Positions 31,201 to 46,800 of a stretch of DNA of 64,000 nucleotides are shown one piece after another. Location: assembly GCF_009914755.1 (NCBI RefSeq), contig NC_060926.1; one strand, written 5' to 3'. This stretch comes from the human T2T-CHM13v2.0 reference genome, Homo sapiens. A program made the position numbers and the translations under genes. The notes under the pieces were generated by a model. That model saw nothing but the letters and a program-made list of their open reading frames with translations, did no database searches and was not told the origin of the DNA. Each line of letters opens with the position of its first letter. Position 1 is the stretch's first letter.

Positions 31201-32599
31201 AATTTACCCATATAAGAAACCTGCACATATATCCCCGAACCTAAAATAAAAGTAGAAGAAAAAAATAAATGATTTTGTAATAACAATGTGCTGAGAAAAA
31301 AAATGTGTCAATCTAGAATTCTATATACCGATAAAATGCTGTTCAAAAGTGAGGGAAAAATAAATACTTCAGGCAAAAAATGCTGAGAGTATTCTTCATC
31401 AACCACATTAAATATACTCACAAAGAATGTTTTTAGGAAGAAAAAGTGAATTAAGAAGGACAAAATGAGAGACAAGAAGCAAAGGTAGATGAGAGGAGTT
31501 GGCAAATATTATGAAGAGATAGGTATTTTAATAATTTGTTTCAATGTTGAAAGATATACACTATATTCTTCACTTCTTGCCCCATTCTCTCAATCCTCCA
31601 TTGCTTGGGGAAAGAATAAGCTACATGATTGGTGAGCTTTGCGGATGCTGACAATCATGTTTGGTTTAGTATCCTTTCCCTGGGACTCTGCCTACCTGCA
31701 AAATACTAGCAAACTATGGTTTTTTCATGATTTTAGGAGTACAAATGTATATTAGAAAAGTTTGTAGTTTCCCAGCACTGTCTCTGACTAGTGAGATAAT
31801 TTAATTCGGGAGAAAGCTACAAAAGCTATTTGGCTTTCACAGTAAGCTATGTTTTTCATATTCACATCATTAGCACTGCATAAAATATTTTTGCCTCCAT
31901 TTGCCTAATTTCATTTATTTAATTGGTTATTTACAAAGGACATATTATCAACTTTTGGTGCAAAGATTAAGAACTTCAATAATTGACTCAGAGACTCCTT
32001 TGGGAAGCAAAATACTTGCAGTTAAAATATAGTAAGGAAGCTTTAGAATTTGTTAAGAAATTGTTGCATGAGATTTTTTTTTTTTTTTTTTTACCGCGTT
32101 GGATTAGTTGCAGCTTATGATGGCTCTGTACAGAAACTTTTTATAAAGTTAAAGCTGCAGGCATAGACCTTAGGACTTGAGTGCTTGAATTAGAGTCCTT
32201 GCAAATAGATGGTAGACCTTTACAACCTTAGCAAATATGGAACTGGCTTTGCAAGTATTTAGCAATCAGAAACAGTAAAAACAATAGTTCGATTATGTAA
32301 AATGAAACTTGATGTGAATTATTTTCAGGTATCAGAATGTATTTTACCACTTTTGTTGGCTTTCTCATCCATATTAGCTGTCAGAGAGGCTGGAGACTTT
32401 AAAAAGACAGTTTTGTTCCATGTTCATCAAAGAACCCCATCAAATGTGCAGCTTTAAACTGTAGTTGTCAGGTTGTGCCAGATGAACTGTTCCAATTTCT
32501 TATTCTTTTAAATGTTTCCAACCACATTTGGGACCAAGAGAAAAAAAAAGTCTGCAAGAGACTAACCTTAGATTTTTTATAATCAGTCTATGTATAGAT

Positions 32600-34070
32600 G
32601 AGAGGAGAGAGAGGCTATTAGAAACTAGAATAAATTTAAAGACTTGTAAAAGGATAAAGATAGCAAATTACTGTTGTAAGTAAAAACATATTTACAAATA
32701 CAAAGGCAAGCACCAAGGATGATAATATGGTTGACAACAATTGACTGTTGGAGGGAAGAAGTTACAAGCTAATTTTGTTGTTATTCATAACATGTACCCA
32801 ATATATATTGTCTAACAAAAGGGGCAAATGATGTATTATATTATATATACATATGTTGGTAATCGCTAGAACGAATTTCAAAATAAAAATAGTAACCAAG
32901 AAGCTAAAATAGTGAAAACTAAATTATATACATTGATGTATGTGTTTATGGGTATGTGTGTGCAAACGTGTAGGTGTAAACACACATGAACACATATATA
33001 CATATATATCAGAACTAAGACCAAACATATTTATCATAACAAAAAATGAAAATAAGCTTAGGTCACCTGTTAAAGGAGTATTGTTCAAATTTGATTGTAA
33101 TTTTAACTCCATACTGTTCACCAGAAGCATAACAGAAAAGTGATTTAGAAATATTAAAAATAAAATTATGAACATGTTCTAGGCAAATATAAAAAGAAAT
33201 AAAAAATATACTGTGATTTTGTTATCCATTAAGGTAGAATTAAGAAAACAAATGCATGTTATTAAATTAATGTCTACAATTAAATAAGAAGGCATGAGAC
33301 ATAAATATCTCTACATATATAATAAACAAGGAAGCTACTTTGATATGGTAGAAATTAGAGGGCATATAAAAACAGGCTAGGAATAACAGACTTTATCAGT
33401 CTGCGTTGGTTAATAACACCTATTAAAAATACTATAAAATAATGCAACTACATACAAAATTAACCAAATGATGGTACACCTTAATAATAGAAGCACATAT
33501 TCTTTTCCTAAACCAATGGAAAAATATGCAAAAATTGAAGATGTATTTGTCTACAAAGAAAATATTGTGTTTCATAAATGAAAAAATACTGGCACTATTC
33601 CTTGCTAAGACTGCAAATAAGAAAGCAATAACAAATCCCTAAAAGGTTGCTTTCACCTTTCGTTACAATACAGCAATAACGTCGAAAACTGTTTATAAAA
33701 TAGCCCTTTGTCAAAGGAAAAATACAAACAAAACTTTAACAGTTTTTAGAAAAAGTTAACAAAGTAAATATTAAATCTGTGAACTAACACTGAAGAAGTA
33801 GTCAAAATTATTAGCCATAAATATTAAATCTGATAATATAAAACATTTCAAATACATAAATTCAGCATGCTGCTCAAAAATGTCAAAGAACAAAAAATAA
33901 TCAAGACAATAGCAGAATAAATAAATTAATATAGATAAAACCAGAAAATAATGTGCTTAGAGAGAAAAATAATAGAAGTAATAGATAAGGTTGTTCTTTT
34001 ACAATAATTACTAAATGATATATATTATTTAAGAGAAAATGAAAATGACAAGGGGAAAATATTATAAGAT
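32600..34070 (+). mobile_element. Ancient L1M inter-ORF and EN region, highly degenerate
   Basis: Degenerate L1 ORF2 5' motifs ('gttctaggcaaata', 'aatagaagcacatattctttt', 'aggttgttcttt'). Confidence 0.6.
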
Positions 34071-34242
34071 TTATGACACTTTAATTTTATTTCTTTCCAA
34101 TACTCATGGCTGACATTTTTTGTCCTTGCCTTATTACACTGGCAAGGACTTCCAGTGTGATGTGGAGTCAAAGATATGACAGCAACATAATTGTCTCATT
34201 TCCATTCTAAGAAGAAATATTTTCAATATCATTATTAAATGA

Positions 34243-34752
<510 letters not shown>

Positions 34753-36083
34753 TAGGCCATTTTAGCTTCCTGGTATAAATCCCATTTGGTGATAAAATTT
34801 TACCTATATTATATAATAATAAATTAAAAATTTTGAAATATATTTTTATGAAAAGTATTGGCTTATAGAATTCTTTTATATTTAATGTCCATATCATGTT
34901 TTGAAAAAGAGGTTAAGCCCACCTAAAAAGAGATGAAAAGTGCTACTCCCCCAATTTTATTTTTTTAATTTACAATAACATTTTGAACAAGGAAAAAAAA
35001 ACATTTTAATTCTTAAATGTTTGGAAAAAGTTAATTATTAAGCTATATGAACATGATTTACTTTCTTTATGCAAAGGTTTTTAATAAGTGATTCACTTTC
35101 CTTAAGAGATGCCAGATGTTCCAATATTCTATTTCTTCTTCCTTTAGGTGGCAACTTGTGATTTCAAGAAATATGTCCATTTTCTGAAAATGTCCAGTTT
35201 ATTGGTATAAAATGTTTAGAACATATTATAATCTTTTGAAATTGTCATTAAATCTATGGTGATGTCGCATGTTTTCTTCTTGATATTGGTAATTTGCATT
35301 TCTTCTCATTTTTTTCTTGGTATCATGCTAATTATATATCATATTTAATATACAATTACATAGATTTTTCTCTACTATACATTGAAAATATTTTATCAAT
35401 ATCTGTTATAACATTTAATTTTTTTCTTTTTTTTAGGTTTGATTTACTTGTTTTGGTTTAGTTTTTGGTTTTTTTTGCAGCTTTTCTGAACTGCACATTT
35501 CAATTGCTTATTTATTTTTAGTCTTTTCCTGTAAGTATTAGCTGCTGTGAATTTTTCTTGAACCTGTGCTTTGACTGTGTTTCATAAATGCTGTAATACT
35601 GTTATTATTTTTATTTTAAAAAATCTGCAATTTCATTTGCTATTTTCACTTGATTATGAACTACGTAATGATATAATTTCAAATGTACAAATGGGAGGAA
35701 ATTTGTGTTTTATTTTTTAATGTGGCTCATTCATTTACATTTTCATCATAGAGGATCTTCTGTATTATTTATATTTTTACCAATATAAAACTGTATAGGA
35801 AAAACGATGATTCTTTATTAAATACTATTGTTCAAGCACATTCACCTCTTTATGTAAATGAAATCTGTATTATGGATTATGTAAAACTACAATCTTCTAT
35901 TTTTTTCCCTGAATCTCTATTAGAATGGAGAGATGTGTTAAACTACTGTTATCATTGGTTTTCTTTTTATTTATCTTAGTTTTTTAGGATCTTGCTATAA
36001 AAGCTGTTGCTTTCTTATTAGGTATATAAATATTACTAGTAGACACTGTATTTTGAGGTTTATGTTTAGCATTTTATGTTTTA

Positions 36084-36272
36084 TCTTTCTCCTTTCTCTC
36101 TTTTTCTCTTTCTTTCTCTCTCTTTTTCTCTTTCTTTTCCTTTCCTTTCTTTTTCTTTCTCTTCCTTTCCTTTTCTTTCTTTTTCTTTCCTTCCCTCCCT
36201 CCTTCCCTCCCTTCCTCCTTCCTTCCGTCCTTCTTTCCATCCGTCCTTCCTTCTTTCCTTCCTTCCATTTCC
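36084..36272. repeat. (TTTC/TTCC)n polypyrimidine tract
   Basis: About 190 nt, almost purine-free. Confidence 0.9.
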
Positions 36273-38296
36273 ATGTGCACTCTACTTTTCTATTACAAGA
36301 TCAGGATTCCAGTATTGTTTCATTTGTGTTTCCCTAGTATATCTTTGTTGATCCATTTCTTTTTAATCATTCTGAATCTCCTGTTCTTTATGTGCAACTT
36401 TCATATTCAGCAGAGTTGAGAGCTATTTTTCAGCCAATTTAAACATTAGATTCTTTTAATTGTGAAGATTGACCACTTACATTACTAAAATGAGCCATAT
36501 AATTGTCTTCATTTAGTCAAATTTCTACATAGAAAATGTAAGTGAAAGTTTTTAATCTATAAATTATATAATTAAGATACTATAAAATAACTTTATAATA
36601 TGTTTATTTTATAGTTTTTTAAATATTTCAGAACATTTGCATTTTTTCTAATGCTACCTTTATGTAATAACTTTAGAGTTTTGATTTAGGAAAATATATT
36701 TTCTTCAATTCTGTCTGCCAAGCAAACACTGAGGGAATAATAAAAAGTATTTTTACAAGGATTATCATATATAAAACATTATGTTATTATATTATTATAT
36801 TTAATCTTAACAGAAATAAGAAATATATTATTATATTATTATAGTCCTATATAAATAATTTATATTTATTTTCTACTAGGATTAATACTTAAAGTTACTA
36901 ATAGCCTCTCTTTCCCCTTCCTTTCTTCTCTGCAGCATCAAATTTACTTTAAATTAATATATATGAGTAACTATCATAAAGGTTATTCTACTTTTTACGT
37001 ACCCTTATCTTCTATTTTCAATTTTTTGTTAGTTGTATTCTATATATTTTTTTATCACAGTGACATTTGCATAGTATTCTGTTGTCTTTATCTATATTAT
37101 TTAGTGGTACACATGTATTAAATATATTCTATACTTACCACAAAACTCACACCAAAACTACTTTTATAATTTTTTGTTTGAAAGATTTTGTTTGAAGATG
37201 CTCCAGGAAAAACTTATCAGAATTTGCATGTTACCTGAATTCCCAAATGTACATAATTTTGAATTGAACTTATAGGTAACTCGATCATTTTGCCTGATTG
37301 CTTATAAACTATTTCTTTCTCTTTAAAAACCGATAGATGAATAAAAATCGCTCGTGATGTTGACTGGTCTGTAGAACATGTACATGAATTCTTTTAAAAA
37401 TTTAGAATGATGATTTTGATAGCTGTTGAATCATTATTTCTAGCATTTGTTTTATTCCACAGCTTGGGCTTCCTTTTCCAAGGACCTCGATTATACTCAC
37501 AGTGGATCTTTTTTCCATGTCTTTTCTCTTTTATCATTTTTCTCTTAATCTATATTTTTCTCAAATATTTATCTCTTTATTAACTATATTTTTACTTCTT
37601 TATATTTTCTACTTTCATTACAGTACTTTCCTTGCTTTTGTTTTCATTGTAGTTTACTCTTGATTTCTGAATTTTTCCTTATTTTTTTCCTAGCAGTCAT
37701 CTTTCTTTTCCTATCCTGTTGCTGTTTGGTCACCTCATATCTAAATTCTTCTATTTTGATTTTTATCTTTTTTTACATTCTTTGATATTCTCACAATTTA
37801 AAATGAATTTTAGACTAATAGGCACTAGTTTTCATGTACGTCATGACCATGTTTTTTTTCTACTCTTTTTTCATTATCCATCACTACATTATTCAGTTTA
37901 TTCTCTTCTTTTTTTAAATGATTTTTATGGGATTGTTTCTATAATCATTTTATGTTGCTCATGTTTATATGTGATAAGTTCTACCAAAACTTTTAAGACA
38001 AACTTTCTGAATGATGAAAGAAGGTAGTAGATTTTCTAGTTTCACTGATCAAGAACTACATCTTCCGTTATTAATATGAAGCATTTTTAAAACTTCTCAC
38101 TTGTAGCCACTTTTATACTTCTGAGATCTGATTCTTATGGAATCTTCTATCCAAGCCTCATGTCTGAATCTTTTCTCTTATTTACACCCAGTGTTCCCAT
38201 TGTGCTTTTTTTAATTGCGAAAGTTTTTCGTGCATAGTCTTAGTTCTTTGTCCTTTTGAATAAAAGTTTTTGGAATATTTCTAATGTCCTTAATGT

Positions 38297-38402
38297 AGTG
38301 TAACCAACTATCCTGGTTTGTCTGGGACTGTTTTAGTACTGAAAATCTTGCATTCAAGCAAACCCCTCATCCCAGGGCTAATCTGGGAGGTTGGTCCCCC
38401 TA
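38297..38402. mobile_element. MER81/MER94-like hAT-Blackjack MITE
   Basis: Terminal inverted repeats tagtgtaaccaac...gttggtcccccta, with internal 'gggactgttttagtactgaaaatc'. Confidence 0.75.
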
Positions 38403-41400
38403 CCTCTCTATTGTCTGACACTAGGATACTACTCTGGTCAATTTTATGTCTATTTCACTGTGATAGCCTCACAGCTAGTTAGTGTGTTTGTTCAGTCTGT
38501 TCTGCACTCCTAGGCAAATTCGAGTTTGTAGAGCTTCCTCTCACTTACTGTACTTTTACTCATATCTCTTTGCTGAAGGTTCCATTCAGACGGGGGTATT
38601 CTTCTTTTGGCAGTAGCTATTTATGGGCTATAACTATGTTAAAGGATTCTCAAACTCCTCAATTCCCACTTATCTTACTCAACTAACTATTATGAGGTTC
38701 TGTGTTTGTTATGATTGGGTCATAACCACTCATATTTTATGCTTTCTAAATATACCTAATCATTTTGTCCCATTTTTCTTATTCTTACTGTTTTCTTCTA
38801 TTTTATTTGAAGATTTTTGAAGATTTTAAAATCTCATTAAAATAATGTTTTTCTCACTCAAATTCCTAAGAGTTATAAATATATGCTTCTGATGAATATC
38901 TTTTTTGATGACTCCCCTACTTTTGTATAGCATAGAAATCGCACCATTATTGTGACAATCAGCAATAAAATGAGTTGAAACAACTCTAGCATTGAAAGTT
39001 TGCATCAATCGGTTATTTTATTTTATTTTATTGTTGTACTTTATCTTTAAAGTAGTTATTTACCATTGGGATTGTGGGAGAAAAATAAAAGCCTAACTTA
39101 CTAGATATATTTCTAGTGGATTCTGGAATATTTGGATAAACCTACTTTGGATTCATTACAGATTCTCTGCTCCTGAATAATATAGTGGTCTTGAGATGCA
39201 CAAAACTGGTCTTCCACTTCTAACATCTTTGACAAGCTGACTTACTTTGTGGCACAAAATTATTCAAAATAAAGGGTTTATTTGAAATTGGAGATCTATG
39301 AAATACAGTGTTAATGAAGTAGAACATTTAGAGTAAGGTTAACATTTTAAGAAACTATAACCCCATGGATAATTTCTTTTTGCTATTATAAATGCTTCTA
39401 ATATTAAGACTTTCTTAAGCAATTAAGCCCTTCTAACAGGTGATCCCTTTTTCCATTCCTGTTTTTCTCCAATTCTAGTGTTGAACAATTAATTGTTTCT
39501 TCTGGACGTATCAAAAGTTTATGATTTTGCAACAGTCTTACTTCTATAGTATACTAAACAATACATTAAATATATTGTTAGTGGTAAAAATAAATTTACA
39601 AGATTTTAGATAATCAAATAAAGAATAAAGAAAATACACAAACATAGAAAAATGGTCCTACATTTAATAAAAGAATGAAAACAATAATTAATTTGCATAA
39701 AGAGAATGTTCAAATCTAGAAAAATATTGATTATCTTCTTTCTTTATAGAGAGTAAAAAAAGATTAGGTTTCATCACGTCTAGAATATCATGTCACTCAA
39801 GGTCAGAAAGATCAACAGTTGGATATTTCCTGGGAAAATGTAAATATACCTGCTAGATTAAGAAAGCCACTTGACTTTTTTTTTTCTGAGCAAAGAAAAT
39901 AAAGACAAAGAAAAAAAAAGAGAAAAGTCCATTTAAGACAGTAGTGTACATCAGGAATATTTTCAGAGGCAGACAAGTTATTTACACAGAAGCTGGAAGT
40001 GTAGGAACACATTGTTTAATTCAGTGAACTTTACGTGAAAACAAAGTAGGAGTATGAAAGTAGGACACATATATTAAGCTCATCCTGAATAATCAAGAGA
40101 TTAAAAGCAAAATGCAAATTACTAGTAATTACTTGTTCTTTGGATACTTTTTGGTAACAAATTTTTCTTGGCCATGAATTGAATTACCTTCAATGTCATC
40201 TTTTCATTGGCCACCAATATATCATTTTAATTTAGTTTCAGTAGCTACTCTCAGGAGTGCATGTGCCAAGGACAGCGTCATAGTGAGAAAGCAAAGGGCA
40301 GCAGGTTCATCATAAAGAGTGAAAAAAAGCCTTTCACTTTTATTTGCTTAATTGGGGATTAAGTGGATTTTCAAATTTCAAAATGGTGTTTCTTTTTAGA
40401 AACTACAATTTTAACAGTTAAAGAAGCTGCTATTATTTCAGTCTCTATGATTATTTAAAAAGAATAGAAAAGAAAAAAAGGCAACATCCAATTCTTAATG
40501 AAAATGCTCGTTTAATTTTAGTCCATTTAGATGCATTGGTTTTAAGACAACATGAAATGAAATAATTATATATTCAATATAAAACTCTTTGAAATATTAC
40601 ATAAATAAAAGCGGTAAAATATTTTATTTTACCATGTGCTATATAAGCATCTTATACCTAACATAAGCTTTTGGTTTTCCTCAAAGATGGCCATTGATTA
40701 GAATATTAAGGTATTTACTCTTTGAATTGGAATTTAAAAATAAACCTCAGTTAATGTCACCAACATTGTTGTTATAGGACAAAATATTCACCATAGAAAG
40801 TCATCACGGTGGCTCTAATATCTCTCCCAGGCAGTACACACAATTTTGTACATTCAGACCATCATTCTCACTATAAATAACAGAGGATGATAATCCAGGC
40901 AGAAGAAAATGGAAGATGAAGTTAAAATAAATACTGCTCATCTACTATTCTTCCAACGTGGTACCATTTAACTTCTGCACAGACAGTAATGCCTATCATT
41001 GACATTTCAGAAGGGAACTGAAAACATTGTAAACCATTTTCTGAGGTAAGAAATTATGGTATTCAAACAATGCTTCAGTCTAAGAGGGAAAGGCTGACGA
41101 CTTCAGCATAAAATAAAGCTCATCATAAAACATGCTGTTACCTTCCCATTACAGGACACATGGGAAAGTTTGCCAACAAGAAATTCAGCTTCCTTTTCTA
41201 AGATCTTTAGATTTCTTTAGGCTGTTATTGCGGCCACAAAATGGAATGCAATTCAATAGGAAGGCACATCAAGTGACAGTGTAATGGCCAAACTAGATAT
41301 GCAGTAACTGTTAGAAAAATTTCAAGTTACCTCTTTCAAGTCATATTCAATACTGATAGTTTTTAATTCTATTTTAATTAAATACATTGTAATTTAAATA

Positions 41401-44400
41401 ATATAAATAAAACAATCTCATGCTTAGTATTTATATCCTTACGAAAACTAAAAATGTGGCTAATTCTTGCTCTAAGGTAATTGAGGAATATTTTGAGAAT
41501 ATTGGGGATGATTCAAGATTACAAATAGTAACATAGGAATTTTACACAGCTATTGATAATGCTAGTGAACACGTTAAAAACTCTTCAGGAATTGGATTTA
41601 TTTTCAAAGTGTGAGTGGGTGTGAGTGTTTTCAGCTATTTTTGAAGATGGCAAATCTACACTTCAAGGGCTGTCAGATTTTCTATCCAATAGAGCTGTTA
41701 AAAAGTACATTTTCATAGTTCAATTTGCTACCCCTGGCCAAAATCACGTGACACTTAAGGAGTGCTATGACAAATTAATTGATTTCTTCACATCACCAGG
41801 CACAAAGATATTTCTTTATGTTTATGGAAGCAACACGAGGGTCCTGGCAACTAATAGGATTGCAAAAGTATTCATCAGACTTTTCTTCAGCAATACATTT
41901 CTACAGAAAACAAATATTTCTGAGTCTTCTACACATTACAAAATTATACGATTTATCCCGTTTTTGACAGGGAATGCCTGAGGTATTTAGATATGGAAAA
42001 CTATAGAATGTATCATGGATGGGAAATGATAGGGCAGTCTTATCCTACTCAAAATGTGTTTTTTAATACAGATTAAAATTCTCAGCTTATTTATTTGAAT
42101 AGAAATTTTATTTAGTTTTTAAAAATTACTCTCAATGAATATTTTTTATTCAAAATAACAGCTGGGTTGCCATCTCTAATTATTTATAAACAGAAGAGTA
42201 ATGTCTGAGAAACTTTAGAAAACACTGTGCCTCATTTTTTGAATGAGTAGCTCACATTATTTGCAATTTATCAAGAGAAAGGTAATATTTAGTATTTATT
42301 TATAATAAGATAAAAAAATTTAGAGTAGTCAAAATCCCTTTTTGCTGACAGGCTGCTGAACTCTCACTGGCAGAGTGAGTACAGAGAGATTCAATGTGAA
42401 AAGTGGAAGATAATGTGCTCACACACTAATGGGCATTGAACTAGACATAGGCTCATTTTTCACATCATGTCATCTGTAAGGTTTGAATAAAAAGTAATGG
42501 CCAGAATGAGCCTGGCTCTATCTGAGACATTATCATTTGCCTCCTCAGTTTTATTTGTGTTGACTTGTACAGTCTAAAAAGATGACAGTCTCTGGGCCTC
42601 TGGATCACTCAGAGTGATAATACATAGCACATTACACTGTTGGTGACAGGTTCTGTTCTCCTGGATGGCATATGAAAGGAACGCATCCCTTTCCGTCATT
42701 TCAAATGCTATAAACTGACAGAATAAAGAATCTTGTGGAGGGGACATCACAAACCTTGTCTGTTATGATTTTATAAGATAAACTGGAGTTTCTAGAGTAT
42801 CTTGTTCAGGAAATTAGTGTCAGTCAAACTTTGGTGTTTTTATTTTAAAGAGATAAATAGCAGACTCTAGAAAAGTAGCTTTGCCTGATTTCATACAGCA
42901 AAACTGCCAATACCAAATGTCCAAGCCTGAGAAAATCTATGATTGTCCTCTCTTTAAAGAGCCCCTGGGTTACGTAAAGTGTAATAACTATCCATGGCTT
43001 CAACAGGAAATAAGTGCCCATGTGTTGACTAGATCTTTAAAGAAATCACTAGCGAGGTTGATGAAAGAACACATCACTATTTTTAAATATTTTGGAAGGC
43101 TTGGTTTTTGTTAAATTGCTAACTTAATGTCCTACTGAACTATAAACATGCCAAGACTATAATGTTTTTTTCCTTGGTACATTTATTCAAGGTTTTATCT
43201 TCTTTTTCTTTATTTCAGTAACTATTACTGAATTGATTTACAGTAGTATGAATTTAACTGAAGATACCACAAAAATATCATTAAGATAGATAATAATATG
43301 CAGAATTTTATTAATTTATCCCAAACTGAATAGCATATGGATTCCCTACTCCTGCGTTTTTTAAAACATTATAGTGTCATAAAAATTTACAGGTACTTGA
43401 ATCATAATCTGCCAATTGTCATAGCTTTTTTCCAAGTAATTTCAATTTCTTCTATTATAATAAACGTTCCTCGCATGACTTAAGTTTAAGTGATTATTTA
43501 AGTTAGACTTGCTCATTGTGCTTTTCTGTCCATTTCCATGTTGGAAACTTTTTTTACTGTCACAATGAATGAAATGAATGTCAAAGAATGTTTAAGACAT
43601 ACATTTATAAAAGTTCCTTTATTCAAATTTTTTATTATGAACCCATTAAAAATTTATTTTGCTCTACAATTTGACCATATTGTTGTATTTTTAACTATAA
43701 GATAGGGCTGATAATTCAGTTTGACTTGATAGTAAACCATAGGAAATATTTTAAAAATCAAAGATTAAGTATAACAACACAAAATGCTGATTAAGTAAAG
43801 AAAGGAACTGATGATAAAGAAGTGATGAGAATCTATTTCAAATTTGTTTCTCTAACTCTGTGGATGTCTTATCAATCATCAGTACTTACGCTTCATGATA
43901 TTTCAAAAAGTAAATCTAGGTTCCCCCTTTAAAATAGAAAAATAGGTATTAAGCCTCTAGTTACAAGAAATATAAACACTTCTTTCAATATTTTCACATG
44001 AAACATGCAAAAATTATAGTTTGTTATCCCGTAGGTGGATTTTTAGAATTTTCTGGGGCTTGGAAATTGATTTGAAATTCCCTAAATTGCAGGTGTGCTG
44101 AATTACGTGACTGCCCAAAGGCACCCAGGCATTTATGTGTTCAGATGCACCCTCACCTTCTATTAGGACAGTTTCATTCATATAATCTCATATTGAGATC
44201 CAGACACCTGCCATGCACTTGCTGTATCTAATTCCAACTATATAGTTAAGTTGCTTTATGGGGGACATGAACAAAATTTAAATGGAGGGATTAAAAAGTG
44301 CTTAATAGCATTAATTTGTAGTAGGATTATCTCAGGTATTTTTTTAAGGGTTGCTTAATGTTTGCCACAATAGAACATTTGCTATTGCTATGAGATCCAG

Positions 44401-46502
44401 TATAAATTTGCAAATTATTCTCCAACCTGGAAATCTTGGTTTGTTTTCTTCATCAAGGTAACTTTAAGGCTTGAGCATTGTTCATATTCACCTCCTTATG
44501 ATGTATCATGTGGCTTGATGCCGATTTTACAGACCATTCCCTCCCTTATGTTCTTACCCGATTTGCCTCTGAGTATTTTATTCTGAAGGTGAACAAGTTC
44601 CTGATTTGTTCTCTCTCTCTCTCTTTTCCCTTTTCCTTATCCCTCTCCCTCTCTCTCTCATTTCCTTAGAGCAATGCTTCATGAATAGTAAGCATACACT
44701 GAGAACTGATGACGTGAGGATGTTTAAAGAACTACCTCCTTTAATGGAGCTAGACTAGTCCTTTTGGGGTGAGTTTTGTTGGACTTTGGCTCCTGCAGAT
44801 GCACCTCAGCTTTGGAATTATGCGGTCAACAAATAGTATGTAGAATCGAACGTGTTACTTTCATGTAATCAATGCCATTAACCTGATAAACAGCAATAGC
44901 TTAAAATTTCATAATAATACGTAATACCACACTTAATTTCTTGAAAACCTACATATCTGATAAACCTTACTGATAAGTGGAAAATAGAAATGAGTGGGGT
45001 TGTAAAGAATTAAATCTCACCACTATTAATATATAGAATGTAAGACCACTTCAAGGAAATTGCTTTCTATTATATATATAGAAAAATAGAAAAATCAAAG
45101 CTCTTCAAAATCGTTTAGCTGGTATGACAAAAGGTATATATAATAGAATGATGAAAAATTTTTTCAAAGTAAATATCTATTCCTACAGAAAAAAAGGCAA
45201 AAATAAGAAGAAGAAGAAAAAAAAAAAGAATGCACTGTAGCCCCTAATACAAGTCTGTAAATCCACAGTGTTGTAAATCAGGCAGCGTCATGGCTAACCA
45301 CATGGTAGCGTAGGAACCGGGAAAATGCAGCCATTTGCTGAGGCTTAGTGTAAAAGTCATTTTCGCCCTTGGAAACGGGAATTTCTGCCCAATTCCATTA
45401 GGCTTCCACCTCATGTCCTTAGACTTACTCCTGCCTTTCTTTGTTCAGGTTTTAATTCCTTAGTGTCGACGTTGAACTCGCCTCCCAGAACAAGTAAGCC
45501 TCTTCCTTGTAGTCTGCCATGGAGTCGTCAGGTTAAGGGTGTATCTGCTCCATTCCTGATAAATGCCAGTTTTATCTGGCCCATTTCTTTTGTGTGCCTC
45601 TCAGTTAGATAGCAGGGTTAGGACATATAAAATCTTGTATTCTCCATGTCCCTTTTATTTTGGAAAGCTTTTGAGAGCTTAACATTTCCCTGTTTCTTGT
45701 TGTTCAGACCAAACCATTCCCTTCTGAATCCGGTTACTAGTGGCCTCTTGCCTCCTACAGCAAATCCAGGCTTCCTCTTGTCATCTTCAAGGAACCCATC
45801 TCTATCTTGCCTTTCTGTCCTTGTACACACTGCCTTAGCTGTCACTTTTATCTCCGGTCAATTTTAACCATGTAAACAGAGTAGAATCATTACAACAGTT
45901 AGTCAGGAAGTCAACTGATATTATACTGGGATTAAAAAGAACAGAGGCCAAAATTTTCCATTCTAAAGGGCTAATAAATATTTACCAAGACTTTATCAAC
46001 TTATCACAATATTAAGAACTTTCAACTTATCAGATATGCTTGTATGCAAACATTAATACAAATATATACACACACACCCCTCATTAATTATATATATATA
46101 ATTAACATATGTACAGTCAACCAATTGGTTTTATCATCTAAAGAACATTATATTTAAAATTATGTATGAATTTAAAAGGACTGCTAAGGTAATATGTTCT
46201 AAATCCCTTTGTTTTCTTTCCATCCCTTAATAGATGATTTAACCTCTTTTATATGCCCTTCAAGCATTTTTCTCTTACAAAACTCGTTCTGTTTTTGAGT
46301 AGTTAAAAAAAAAAAAAGTTTTCCCTTAACTTGAAATGAAACCCGGCCCCAGTAACTTTCAACTTTTGGATCTTCTTCTTACCTTTTCAATTATACAAAT
46401 GATGGCTAAATACATTTCCATATACTGTCTTTCAAATATTTTGAAATACATATTGTATCTTACCTGAGTTCTCTATGTTAAGTAATCTCAGTTACTTCAA
46501 AC

Positions 46503-46800
46503 TATTATATAATATTATATATTATATAATAACATTACGTTATATAATATTATATATTATATAATAACATTATGCTATATAATATATATTATATAACATT
46601 ATGTTATATAATATATGTAATATAATATATAATATAATAAAATGTTATATAACAAAATGTTATATTATATAATAAAATATATATTATATAATAAAATGTT
46701 ATATAATAATATTATATTATAATATATAGTATTACACAATATGTATTATTTGTATCATTTTATAATATAATATGTATTACTATATTATTATTATTATTAT
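46503..46800. repeat. AT-rich quasi-palindromic minisatellite
   Basis: TATAA/TTATA units; 'aacatt' in the left half and 'aatgtt' in the right half. Confidence 0.9.

Noticed and set aside
35995-36351. Lys/Arg/Glu-rich and Phe/Leu/Ser-rich ORFs
   Set aside because: Translations of a CT-rich simple repeat that lacks stop codons.
41625-41981. 118-aa ORF in unique sequence
   Set aside because: Starts at GTG, has no recognisable domain or clear exon boundaries, and its length is compatible with chance.
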